Assembly: GCA_964457825.1 (NCBI GenBank)
Contig: CAYWGB010000001.1
Location: forward strand, 1 to 29,934
Length of the DNA: 29,934 nt
Direction of reading: 5' to 3'
Origin: an uncultured Campylobacterales bacterium
GTDB taxonomy: Bacteria; Campylobacterota; Campylobacteria; Campylobacterales; Sulfurovaceae
Under the pieces are notes generated by a model. The model was given only the letters and a program-made list of their open reading frames with translations. It was not told the DNA's origin and did no database searches. The first letter of the stretch is position 1. Each line of letters opens with the position of its first letter. This document shows positions 18,427-27,578 of the stretch, piece after piece. The position numbers and the translations under genes are program-made.

Positions 18427-19019
18427 TATTTTTGCTCCTCAAGTACCTTTAACTCCTCTTTTGCTTCCATAATAAATTTTGAAAACATCTGCTGAAGTAT
18501 ATCGACTGGCTGCACAAATGTCGTGATAAAAAATGAATTTGGATCTTCTGGATTCATACCCTTAATGTCCACTAGATTGTCAATAAAGTCATCAAAACTA
18601 TGCCCAGCCATCACCGCGCCCACATGAACAAGCATCGCTTCTCTAATCTCATCATCTTGTATCATATGGTACAAAACCAAAAATATCTCCTTGGCACCTT
18701 TTTTATCATTTTCACTATATCTCTGTATGCCATGCTCATATATAGCTCGGGCAGTAGCCCAATCTTCTGGATTACCTAGATCAAACTTTTTATTATTTGA
18801 AAGATACTCTGCTAATGTATCAAATGATGTGTTGACAATAAATGTAAATAGATCATTAATCTCTTCTTCTTCAGCCTCTATGACAAGTTTTGCATCAAGC
18901 AACTGATATCCCTTTGCCACAGAATTTTCCTCTTTCATCTCTTGCTCTAGTTTTTTCAAATTATCCAAAAAATCACTATCTTTTTTCAACGCTTCTATAT
19001 CTAACTCTTGATTATTCAT
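18426..19019 (-). CDS. Acidic all-helical hypothetical protein
   Basis: 197 aa from ATG 19019 (1 bp after the dapC stop); its TAG overlaps the murC GTG. Confidence 0.75.
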   Translation of the reverse strand: MNNQELDIEALKKDSDFLDNLKKLEQEMKEENSVAKGYQLLDAKLVIEAEEEEINDLFTFIVNTSFDTLAEYLSNNKKFDLGNPEDWATARAIYEHGIQRYSENDKKGAKEIFLVLYHMIQDDEIREAMLVHVGAVMAGHSFDDFIDNLVDIKGMNPEDPNSFFITTFVQPVDILQQMFSKFIMEAKEELKVLEEQK

Positions 19020-19020
19020 T

Positions 19021-20157
19021 TTATGCCTTTTTAAAATTATTAATAAACTTCGCAACTCTACTTAAAATATCTCTTGTTACGCTAGCTTCATGCACAAGTG
19101 CCAATCTAACATATCCGGCTCCCATACCATCTCTACCCAAAAATGATCCTGGCAAAACTTTTACATTATACTCTTTGTAAAGTTCTTGTGTAAACCTCAG
19201 TTCATCATCAACCTCTAGCCATATATAAAATGTCGCTTCTGGAATTTCAATGTCGAGTAAATCTTTGGCTATAGCAAAGTTGTCTATATACTTTTTACGA
19301 AACAGATCCACATGTGCCTGATCCGCCCAGGCAACAGCAGATGCGTGTTGCAGTGGCAATGGAGAGGCACAGCCAACATATGTACGATACTTCATATATT
19401 GTTCTAAAATTTCACAATCTCCTGCTATAAAACCAGACCTCAAGCCTGGTGCACTAGAGCGTTTAGAGACAGAGTTTATCACCAATATATTTTTAAATTC
19501 ATGATTACCAGTGTCAACTGCGGCGTTAAGCAAAGATGGAAGTGGCTTGTCAAGATAGAGATCTGCATAACACTCATCATTTAGTAACACAAAATCATAC
19601 TTCAAAGCCAACTTCGCCCACCTCTTGAGCTCATCGTATTTCATAACGGAACCTGTAGGATTGTTTGGAGTATTGAGTATAACCAAGTTTGCTCTTTGTA
19701 ATGTGTCAATATCCACAATAGGAGCAAAACCGTTATCTTTCTCAAGATTCAAATATATTACATCTGCACTGCTAGCTTTCGCCGCACCTTCATATATTTG
19801 ATAAAATGGATTTGGAAACGCAACTACTGGTGATTTAATATCTGACAACAAAAACTGTGGAAAATTAAACAACACCTCTCTCGTACCAAAAGTTGGAATA
19901 ATTTGGCTATTTTCAAGTAATAGCCCAAACCTAGTCTCGAGATACTTTAACATTGCATCTCTCAATACTTGCTCGCCACTACTCTTGGGGTATTTATTTA
20001 AATAATCTGCACTATTGCACAGTTCATCTTTGATAAACCGTGGTGTATCAAACTGTGGCTCACCAATAGTTAAACTCTTGCCTTCATAGTCATCATTTGG
20101 TTCTATACCATCAAGTAGTAGATTCAATTTTTCAAATGGGTACTTTTCGAAATCCAT
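19021..20157 (-). CDS. dapC: Succinyldiaminopimelate transaminase
   Basis: MDFEKYPFEKL start with AAGGA SD; LTIGEPQF, GTREVLFNFPQF, NNPTG, DECY, NSVSKRSSAPGLRSGF; upstream of murC-mutS2 as recalled for H. pylori HP0621-0624. Confidence 0.87.
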   Translation of the reverse strand: MDFEKYPFEKLNLLLDGIEPNDDYEGKSLTIGEPQFDTPRFIKDELCNSADYLNKYPKSSGEQVLRDAMLKYLETRFGLLLENSQIIPTFGTREVLFNFPQFLLSDIKSPVVAFPNPFYQIYEGAAKASSADVIYLNLEKDNGFAPIVDIDTLQRANLVILNTPNNPTGSVMKYDELKRWAKLALKYDFVLLNDECYADLYLDKPLPSLLNAAVDTGNHEFKNILVINSVSKRSSAPGLRSGFIAGDCEILEQYMKYRTYVGCASPLPLQHASAVAWADQAHVDLFRKKYIDNFAIAKDLLDIEIPEATFYIWLEVDDELRFTQELYKEYNVKVLPGSFLGRDGMGAGYVRLALVHEASVTRDILSRVAKFINNFKKA

Positions 20158-20165
20158 ATTTTTCC

Positions 20166-21575
20166 TTATTTTGCCAACCAGTTTATAATCTGATTTTGCA
20201 GTGTACTGCCTTTCCATTTTTGGGCACCGTTGTATAGGATTACTACACTATATATTTTACCAGAACTCTTTGCCTTTACATACCCAGCGATATTTTTTGC
20301 ATCTTTTAAAGTACCGGTTTTCATCCATGCTCTATGTTTTGCAACCGCATGTGCAAATCTCTTCTTTATTGTACCATCTACCCCAGCTATAGATAGTGCA
20401 TTTCTCCATCTAGACCCATATCTTTTATTGGCGCTCTCTAGTACCTCTGATAAGGCTCTTGCTGTTACTCTAGAACTCCTTGATAGACCTGACCCATTAT
20501 CCAAGATTACCTTTTCATCCGAGAGAAGCCCACCTTTTTCTCTGAGTGTTTTCATGACAGCATCTCTCCCTTTTTGTACAGTAGCAGGTGCATCATAGTT
20601 TTTTGCACCCTGTATCAATAGCAAATGTCTAGCGTATAGATTATTACTCTTCTTGCAGGTCTTAGAGACAATTTGTAAAAGATTCTTTTTGGAATAATGG
20701 GTAAATAGTAACCGCGAGGTACTTGAGCTCTTTTCTAATCTCATCTTCCCATTGAACATTATGTCATTTTTTTCAAGCTCTTCCTTAAAGAGATTAAACA
20801 TTGCATAATATGGATGAGAAAGAACCTTTTTGATGACTCTCTTTCTGCAACTAGTCGACAATGGACCTGATAACGTCACAACAGTTTTGGACTCACGTCT
20901 ACTTACATCCACCCTAGGCCAAGAGCAGTTACCTTTACATGCTTTGGAGGATGGCTTGAGGTTATTTACTATGGTATAGCTTGCATCTGGTACTGTTTTT
21001 TTAGCTACTATTCTTCCATTTACGGATACTATTTCGATTCCAGAGAGATGATCATCCAACATGAGTGCATCTGGCATTGCATTATATTCACTATATCTAT
21101 TTTTGTCAAAACCAGAATTTATTTTGTTACTTACATCAAAAAAGCTTCTATCGACTATGAGGTCTCCACTAATTGAGTGAATCCCAAGTGCCTTTAGTCT
21201 TTTGATCATTTTTGGTATATCTCTAGAGGAGAATGTTGGGTCACCAAAGGATTTCACTATCAGATCGCCTTGAATATCTCCCTTCACATAGACACCATCA
21301 TATGATACCTTTGTTGGCCATCTAAAATCCATACCAAGATCAAGCAAAGAGGCATACGTTGTAAAAATCTTCATTACTGATGCTGGCTTTCTGGACCTGT
21401 CTGGGTTTATGGAGACAAGAGTCTCATTCGTTTTTATATTCTTAATCAAAATACTTATATGTGATGATTTGATACCATCCTTTAGCATCAACTCATTGAC
21501 CTTGCTTCTAGCCGATGCCTCAAGCACTATTATCGTGGACAAAACTATTATGCCTATTTTAAATATAAATTTCAC
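20166..21575 (-). CDS. dacB: D-alanyl-D-alanine carboxypeptidase/endopeptidase (PBP4, peptidase S13)
   Basis: SxxK (PASVMK), GDPT, SxN (KSNN), DNGSGLSR, KTG (KTGTL); GTG start overlapping the upstream TAG. Confidence 0.9.
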   Translation of the reverse strand: MKFIFKIGIIVLSTIIVLEASARSKVNELMLKDGIKSSHISILIKNIKTNETLVSINPDRSRKPASVMKIFTTYASLLDLGMDFRWPTKVSYDGVYVKGDIQGDLIVKSFGDPTFSSRDIPKMIKRLKALGIHSISGDLIVDRSFFDVSNKINSGFDKNRYSEYNAMPDALMLDDHLSGIEIVSVNGRIVAKKTVPDASYTIVNNLKPSSKACKGNCSWPRVDVSRRESKTVVTLSGPLSTSCRKRVIKKVLSHPYYAMFNLFKEELEKNDIMFNGKMRLEKSSSTSRLLFTHYSKKNLLQIVSKTCKKSNNLYARHLLLIQGAKNYDAPATVQKGRDAVMKTLREKGGLLSDEKVILDNGSGLSRSSRVTARALSEVLESANKRYGSRWRNALSIAGVDGTIKKRFAHAVAKHRAWMKTGTLKDAKNIAGYVKAKSSGKIYSVVILYNGAQKWKGSTLQNQIINWLAK

Positions 21576-22732
21576 TATTTCTCACTATTTATTGCATTGT
21601 AAAGTCGCTGCATTGCAACCTCTAATATCTCACGAGACGTACCGATGTTTAGTCTCATAAAACCACTTCCTGCCTCGCCGAAGCTATAGCCACTATTTAG
21701 CCCGAGCTTAGCATCCTCTATAAAAAATCTCTCCAGCTCTTTGTCATCCATTCCTAGACCTCTGCAATCTAGCCACATTAAAAATGTTGCATCGTGCTCA
21801 TATACGGTAATCTGTGATACCTTGCTGTCAATAAAACCCTTGACATACTCATAATTTTGCTTTATCTGTATACTAAGAGCATCAATCCACTTACCATCGT
21901 CATTATAGGCGGCTTTGAGTGCCACTATGCCAAAAAGATTACCGTTATCTAGGCCAGCTCTTTTGTGCATTTGGCTGTATCGTCTCCTCAGGCTATCATT
22001 TTCTATGATTGCATATGAAGTATTCAAGCCTGCTATATTGAATGTCTTGGATGGTGCATGCAGAGTCAGCACATAGCCACTTGCGCCCTCTAGACTGGCT
22101 ATAGGCGTATGTTTTTTCTCAAAAACCAAATCAGAATGTATCTCATCAGATATGATAATTACATTATGTTTTATGCAGATATCTAACATCATTTGTAGCT
22201 CATCCACGCTCCATGACCTAGTGGTTGGATTGTGAGGCGAGCACAACAAAAAGAGTTTTGCCTCTTTTGCCTTTTGCTCGAAGTCTACAAAATCTATACT
22301 CACTTTGCCATCTTTTTGAACAAGTTTATTATCCAATAACTTACGTCCATTTCTTTTAACCGAGCTAATAAACGGGGGATATATCGGTGTCTGCACCAAA
22401 ATCCCGTCGCCTTCTTTGCTGTACTCTTTTATGGCAAGGTTTATAGAAATCACAACGCCATGCTCAGGCACTATCCACTCAGGTTTTATCTCCCAACCGA
22501 TACTCTCTCGATACCATCTTGCAATCGAGTCATAAAACTCATCATCATAGATTGTATAGGCATACACTTGATGCTTGGCTCGCTTTATCAATGCATTTTG
22601 CACAGATTTAGGACTTTCAAAATCCATATCAGCTACCCACAACGGCAACAGGTCCGACGTCCCGAACATAGACTGACGTCCATCCCATTTCGAGCAAAAA
22701 CTACCTTCTCGATCCACACATGAGAGGTTCAT
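21575..22732 (-). CDS. MalY/PatB family PLP enzyme (cystathionine beta-lyase-like)
   Basis: PLWVADMDF, CSPHNP, SDEIHSD, APSKTFNIAGL, GFMRLNIG. Confidence 0.9.
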   Translation of the reverse strand: MNLSCVDREGSFCSKWDGRQSMFGTSDLLPLWVADMDFESPKSVQNALIKRAKHQVYAYTIYDDEFYDSIARWYRESIGWEIKPEWIVPEHGVVISINLAIKEYSKEGDGILVQTPIYPPFISSVKRNGRKLLDNKLVQKDGKVSIDFVDFEQKAKEAKLFLLCSPHNPTTRSWSVDELQMMLDICIKHNVIIISDEIHSDLVFEKKHTPIASLEGASGYVLTLHAPSKTFNIAGLNTSYAIIENDSLRRRYSQMHKRAGLDNGNLFGIVALKAAYNDDGKWIDALSIQIKQNYEYVKGFIDSKVSQITVYEHDATFLMWLDCRGLGMDDKELERFFIEDAKLGLNSGYSFGEAGSGFMRLNIGTSREILEVAMQRLYNAINSEK

Positions 22733-23070
22733 TAAAACTCATCTTTCTCTTTGGCACTCTCCACTAAACTAACTATAATAGTGTAAATATTTGCCACAAT
22801 CGCACCTGCTACCAGTCCTGTAGCGAGTGTCTGGTTATCATAAAATTGGTATGCAAAAAAAGCCGGTATCAGGTGCAAATCTGCTACCAATGAACCAGCC
22901 AAAAGCTCAGCTGATAGTACATTTCTGATGCCTATTTTAAGCATTGTAGAGACAATATTAACACTACCTGCTAAAAAGATTGCAAATGCCGAATACTCAA
23001 ACATATAGCTAATACTTGTAGTCAAACTCATCAATGCAAAAAATACATAAAACACTTTACTCCACTTCAT
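22732..23070 (-). CDS. DUF6394-like small membrane protein
   Basis: AAAGGAG SD before ATG 23070; KVFYVFFALMSLT, STMLKIGIRN, LVADLHLIPAF; position after secF as recalled in Campylobacterota. Confidence 0.8.
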   Translation of the reverse strand: MKWSKVFYVFFALMSLTTSISYMFEYSAFAIFLAGSVNIVSTMLKIGIRNVLSAELLAGSLVADLHLIPAFFAYQFYDNQTLATGLVAGAIVANIYTIIVSLVESAKEKDEF

Positions 23071-23095
23071 TATCGTCTCCTTTGACTTCTCTTTG

Positions 23096-24067
23096 TTATA
23101 TTGTGCCCTGTTCGTACATATTACGCATCTTCTCTTTTTCTTTTTCTCTTTTGAGCTTCTCGGCCTCTTGCTGTCGATATCCACTAACGCTAAATCCTAA
23201 TTTTGACAATAGAGGTGACGCAACAAATACAGAAGAGTATGTACCAACAATAATTCCGATTAAAAGTGTAAAACTAAATCCTCTGATTGACTCTCCTCCT
23301 AAAATGTACAAAGAGAGTACAACAAAAAATGTCGTCAGTGATGTAAGTACTGTACGCGAAAGCGTTCTTGTCACTGATTCATTAATGATATTCGATAGCA
23401 CTGCATCTTTGATGGTTTTGATGCCCTCCCTAATCCTATCAAATACTATGATGGTGTCATTTAAAGAATATCCCACTATGGTCAAAATAGCTGCCAAAAT
23501 ATCTAGGTTGACATCAATCCCAACCAGTACAAGCACCCCTAATGATATGCTAACATCATGTACGAGCGCCAGCACAGATGCTACGGCAAATCTCCATTCA
23601 AATCTAAATGAAACATATATTAATATTCCCAATATCGCATAAAAAGTTGCTTCTAGGCCACGATTTCTAAAATCATTACCCGTCTTTGAGCTCACCATAT
23701 CAACACTACGCACCTCTAGATTGCCAGTATCTTTCAGAAGCTTACTCATCTCTATCCCGACATCATTTACCACAGAAGATTGACTTTTTTTAATCCGCAC
23801 TACTACCTCTTGTGGCGAGCCAAACTCAGTTACTGATGCGCCTTCGTATCTGCTCACAGTAGACAGTTTCTCTCTAATCTTTTCGATAGGGGCTGGGCCA
23901 TCATACTTGATCTGCACTAACGTCCCGCCAGCAAAATCGATACCATAGTTGAGCCCTTTACTAAAGAGTAAAATCCAAGAACCAATCACCAATACCAAAG
24001 ATAACACTCCAACTTTTTTGCTAATACCCATAAAAGGGATTGGTTTTTTGTAATTAAAGACTTCCAT
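23096..24067 (-). CDS. secF: Protein translocase subunit SecF
   Basis: GIDFAGG, ALVHDV, GYSLNDTIIVFDRIRE, RTVLTS, GTYSS. Confidence 0.95.
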   Translation of the reverse strand: MEVFNYKKPIPFMGISKKVGVLSLVLVIGSWILLFSKGLNYGIDFAGGTLVQIKYDGPAPIEKIREKLSTVSRYEGASVTEFGSPQEVVVRIKKSQSSVVNDVGIEMSKLLKDTGNLEVRSVDMVSSKTGNDFRNRGLEATFYAILGILIYVSFRFEWRFAVASVLALVHDVSISLGVLVLVGIDVNLDILAAILTIVGYSLNDTIIVFDRIREGIKTIKDAVLSNIINESVTRTLSRTVLTSLTTFFVVLSLYILGGESIRGFSFTLLIGIIVGTYSSVFVASPLLSKLGFSVSGYRQQEAEKLKREKEKEKMRNMYEQGTI

Positions 24068-24069
24068 CT

Positions 24070-25695
24070 CTACTCCTTTGCTCTTATGCCAAACCAGAGG
24101 CCAAGCTTATCTTTTTTGATTTTTGAGATAAACATCTCATATATTCCATGAGTACCAAGTATCGCTGTTAGCATAGAGGCGAGAATACCGATTGTCATCG
24201 TAACTGCAAAGCCTTTAATAGGACCGCTCCCAAATACAAATAACAATATCGAAGTTATCAGTGTTGTAACGTTTGCATCCCAAATCGCAGTAAATGCATT
24301 TGCATATCCATCTTCGATAGACTTGGCGATAGATTTACCAGACTTGAGTAGCTCTCTTATTCGTTCATTGATGATAACATTCGCATCCACCGCCATACCC
24401 ACAGTGAGGACTATTCCTGCCATACCTGGCAATGTCAATGTAGCACCAAAGAGTGACATAATTGCCAAAATCAAAACCAAGTTACCAACTAGAGCAATAT
24501 CAGCAATCAGACCAGAAATACCATAATAGATAATCATAAAAAGAATTACAGCAACAAATCCAAATATCAATGCCAATGTACTAGCTTGTATATTATCTGC
24601 ACCCAAGCTAGGGCCAACGCTTCTCTCTTCTTCTAGAGCCACAGGAGCCAATAGCGCCCCTGAACGTAATGCAATAGCGATATCTTTCGTCTCTTGCTGC
24701 GTGAAGCTTCCTGTAATTTCACCTTTCCCACCACCTATTCTGGTCTGAATATGTGGCGCGGTATAGACCTTGTTGTCTAGTACTACTGCCATTCTATCTT
24801 TTCGCTCTTTAGCTACTTCTGTAAAATCAGCAAATATTCTACCGCCGTCTCCACTCAGCTCAAATGTTATGATCGGCTTGCCATCTCTAGCAGTAGCTTT
24901 GGCATCTGTGAGCATCGATCCAGTCAATATCGGTATAGCTTTCAATAGATATTTCTCTTGTGGATTGTTAACATCTGGCAAAATAATATCACCATATGAT
25001 TTAGCCTCCGCATCACTCATACCGTAGACATCATTTGCTCTACCCTCATCGACTGCCATCATCGTCAAATATGCAGGTTTAGCAATCAGAGCCTTGATCC
25101 TCTCTCGCTCTTCATTTGTCTTGACTCCTGGAACCTCGACCAGTATCTGATCTTTGCCCTGTTGTGCAACAGTAGGCTCTGCCAAACCAAACTGATCTAG
25201 CCTATTTCTGATAGTATCAACAGCTTGCAATACAGAGTACTCTTTGACGGCAATTTGTGCTTTGGGAAGCATAGTTACTGAGACTTTGGTACCTGTAGGC
25301 ACTATCTTCATCTCAGGCAACTCTTTTACGAGTATATCCTTGATTTTACCAACCTCATCCTCATCCAAGACCTCAAATCTAATCTCTCCAGTCTCTTCGT
25401 CGAGCTCTAATCCATCGATCCCCATATCTTCTCTGTCTAAAACATAGCTGATAGTTCCAGCCACAGATTTCATCCGAGATTTTACAGCCTCTTCAGTCTT
25501 GACACTGAGCAAGAGATGGAGTCCACCTTGCAGATCCAGACCAAGTGTGACTTTTTTACCACAAGTCTGATTTGTATCTACTTCACCGGCTTTTACTGTA
25601 CACTTAGTCTGCAAAAAGTTTGGAGCAGAAAAGACCACTCCGAACACAAATGCAAATGCAAACAGCACTACTCTATAGTTAAGTCTACTAATCAT
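24070..25695 (-). CDS. secD: Protein translocase subunit SecD
   Basis: LGLDLQGG, IRNRLDQFGLAEP, LRSGAL, VGPSLG, TLTLPGMAGIVLTVGMAVDANVIINERIRE, DANVTT. Confidence 0.95.
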   Translation of the reverse strand: MISRLNYRVVLFAFAFVFGVVFSAPNFLQTKCTVKAGEVDTNQTCGKKVTLGLDLQGGLHLLLSVKTEEAVKSRMKSVAGTISYVLDREDMGIDGLELDEETGEIRFEVLDEDEVGKIKDILVKELPEMKIVPTGTKVSVTMLPKAQIAVKEYSVLQAVDTIRNRLDQFGLAEPTVAQQGKDQILVEVPGVKTNEERERIKALIAKPAYLTMMAVDEGRANDVYGMSDAEAKSYGDIILPDVNNPQEKYLLKAIPILTGSMLTDAKATARDGKPIITFELSGDGGRIFADFTEVAKERKDRMAVVLDNKVYTAPHIQTRIGGGKGEITGSFTQQETKDIAIALRSGALLAPVALEEERSVGPSLGADNIQASTLALIFGFVAVILFMIIYYGISGLIADIALVGNLVLILAIMSLFGATLTLPGMAGIVLTVGMAVDANVIINERIRELLKSGKSIAKSIEDGYANAFTAIWDANVTTLITSILLFVFGSGPIKGFAVTMTIGILASMLTAILGTHGIYEMFISKIKKDKLGLWFGIRAKE

Positions 25696-25703
25696 ATATA
25701 TCC

Positions 25704-25964
25704 TTACGCGAGTTTTCTAGAAACAAAAGCCTTTTCTAGTTTCACAATCACTTCATCATTCAGCTTGATTTTGATAAAATCATCCTCACTCTTGACTACT
25801 TCAGCATGCAATCCTCCTGTCGTGACAATCTTGTCACCTTTAGTGAGCGAAGCCAACATCTCAGCGTGAGCCTTCTGTTGCTTTTGTTGCGGTCTGATAA
25901 TCAAGAAATAAAAAATAGCAAATAGCGCAACAAATATAGGTACTTGTTGTAACATTGGTGACAT
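25704..25964 (-). CDS. yajC: Preprotein translocase subunit YajC
   Basis: FYFLIIRPQQKQQK, LTKGDKIVTTGG; AAGGA SD. Confidence 0.93.
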   Translation of the reverse strand: MSPMLQQVPIFVALFAIFYFLIIRPQQKQQKAHAEMLASLTKGDKIVTTGGLHAEVVKSEDDFIKIKLNDEVIVKLEKAFVSRKLA

Positions 25965-25973
25965 GGAAATCCT

Positions 25974-27221
25974 TTGAAATTAAAAATTAGAGATTATTTT
26001 AACACTTATAGTATAACAATGGGCTTTTTGATAGCCTTTCTTGGCTCTGCATTTATCTATATGCAGTGGTTTGGACTAGACAGCATAATTTTACAAAATA
26101 TATCTGCTCTATTGTTTTTTTGGCTAATACTAAACCAAAACAACTCTACTTGGTTTTGGAGTGGATTTTTCATCTCGATTGGGTGGTTTTGGTGGATAAA
26201 TGTCAGCTTTATATATTACCAGATGGCATGGGCGATTCCCATATCTGCACTACTCATTGCTCTGGTTTTTGGGACTCTATTTTGGATCATAGGTGCACTC
26301 TCAAATAGATTCAATAAACCATTCAACTATCTCGTGCAGGTCTTATCTCTCGTGTTATTTAGTTACCTACATCCGTTTGGGTTTGACTGGTTTGTGCCAG
26401 AGGCTATGTTTACACATACATATATAGGTGTGCAGAAGTGGCAATTTCTAATAGTACTTGGAACAATTGCTCTCATGAAGTGGACAAAAAGTGTTATATA
26501 TTTACCACTTATACTTTTTGCCTATGCACCTTATCATACCTCTATTTGGACCCCATCGCCCTCTGATGATATACTGCTTGCTGGCACCCAAATACCTATA
26601 GCAGAAAAATGGGATCCAGCTTTTATCCCTCAACATATCACAGAGGTACTCGAGTCTATCCAGCAGGCAGCGGATGCAAACAAGAGCATGATAGTGCTCC
26701 CCGAATCTGTCATACCACTATTCCTAAACAAACAGCCAGAGCTTTTGAGTGAGATTAACAATCTATCCAAAGATATCACTATCATTATAGGATCACTGTA
26801 CCTAGAAGGTAACACCCACAGAAACTCGACATATATCTTCCAAGAGGGCAACTACACAGTAGCACACAAGGTACTGCTCGTCCCATTTGGAGAGGGCAAT
26901 CCACTTCCAGAGTGGGCGGGAAAGTGGGTAAATCAGATATTTTTTGATGGTGCTCAAGATTACATCGCATCATCCAATATTACTGATTACAAAGTGGGTT
27001 CTATGGTATATCGTAACGCCATATGCTATGAAGCCACATCAGACAAGCTCTACTCAGGTTCACCACAAAACATGATAGCCATCAGCAACAACGCTTGGTT
27101 TCATCCCTCCATTGAGCCTACGCTACAACAGATACTGCTCAAATTTTACAGCAGGAAATACGGCACTACCATATATCATAGTATTAACATGTCTCCATCC
27201 TATATCGTCAGAACAAAATAA
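25974..27221 (+). CDS. lnt: Apolipoprotein N-acyltransferase
   Basis: TM N-terminal half; nitrilase triad LPES, KVLLVPFGE, ICYEAT; ISNNAWF. TTG start (MKLK). Confidence 0.9.
   Translation: MKLKIRDYFNTYSITMGFLIAFLGSAFIYMQWFGLDSIILQNISALLFFWLILNQNNSTWFWSGFFISIGWFWWINVSFIYYQMAWAIPISALLIALVFGTLFWIIGALSNRFNKPFNYLVQVLSLVLFSYLHPFGFDWFVPEAMFTHTYIGVQKWQFLIVLGTIALMKWTKSVIYLPLILFAYAPYHTSIWTPSPSDDILLAGTQIPIAEKWDPAFIPQHITEVLESIQQAADANKSMIVLPESVIPLFLNKQPELLSEINNLSKDITIIIGSLYLEGNTHRNSTYIFQEGNYTVAHKVLLVPFGEGNPLPEWAGKWVNQIFFDGAQDYIASSNITDYKVGSMVYRNAICYEATSDKLYSGSPQNMIAISNNAWFHPSIEPTLQQILLKFYSRKYGTTIYHSINMSPSYIVRTK
25996..26018 (-). promoter_or_regulatory. Tandem extended -10 boxes for the yajC-secDF operon, inside lnt
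   Basis: TGtTATACT (26018-26010) and TGtTAAAAT (26004-25996) on the minus strand. Confidence 0.5.
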
Positions 27222-27227
27222 CCAAGT

Positions 27228-27578
27228 ATGACTAGATTTTACACTGCACCTATAAAAGCTTATCAATTCATATCGAGGATGTTGCCTGCAAACTGTAGAT
27301 ACTATCCTACATGCTCGGAGTATGCTCTGTGGCAATTTGAGACCAACACCCCACATATGGCTCTGATCTCATCCGCAAAGAGGATTTTGAGTTGCAACCA
27401 ATTTTTTGCTGGAGGTATCGATTATCCATCTATCAGGTATAATCCACCAAAATACCCATCACCACCTGCCAGCTCTAATCCAACTCATAGTAAAATGAGG
27501 GTCAGATACTGGTTTGCTCCAGCTCAAAAAAATAGATACTATGTCATCAAGGATATACATGAAACTACAACTCCATAG
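27228..27578 (+). CDS. yidD: Membrane protein insertion efficiency factor YidD
   Basis: [22 protein letters not shown]...[16 protein letters not shown] with three conserved Cys. Confidence 0.88.
   Translation: MTRFYTAPIKAYQFISRMLPANCRYYPTCSEYALWQFETNTPHMALISSAKRILSCNQFFAGGIDYPSIRYNPPKYPSPPASSNPTHSKMRVRYWFAPAQKNRYYVIKDIHETTTP

Noticed and set aside
22732-23184. Extended N-termini in the ORF track (e.g. 23184, 20217, 19055, 8233, 7248, 27514, 4520)
   Set aside because: They overlap upstream genes; downstream starts have good SD sequences and match family N-termini.
6316-27221. Three nitrilase-superfamily domains in one window (AguB, NadE, Lnt)
   Set aside because: Distinct ancient subfamilies in separate operons; coincidental.
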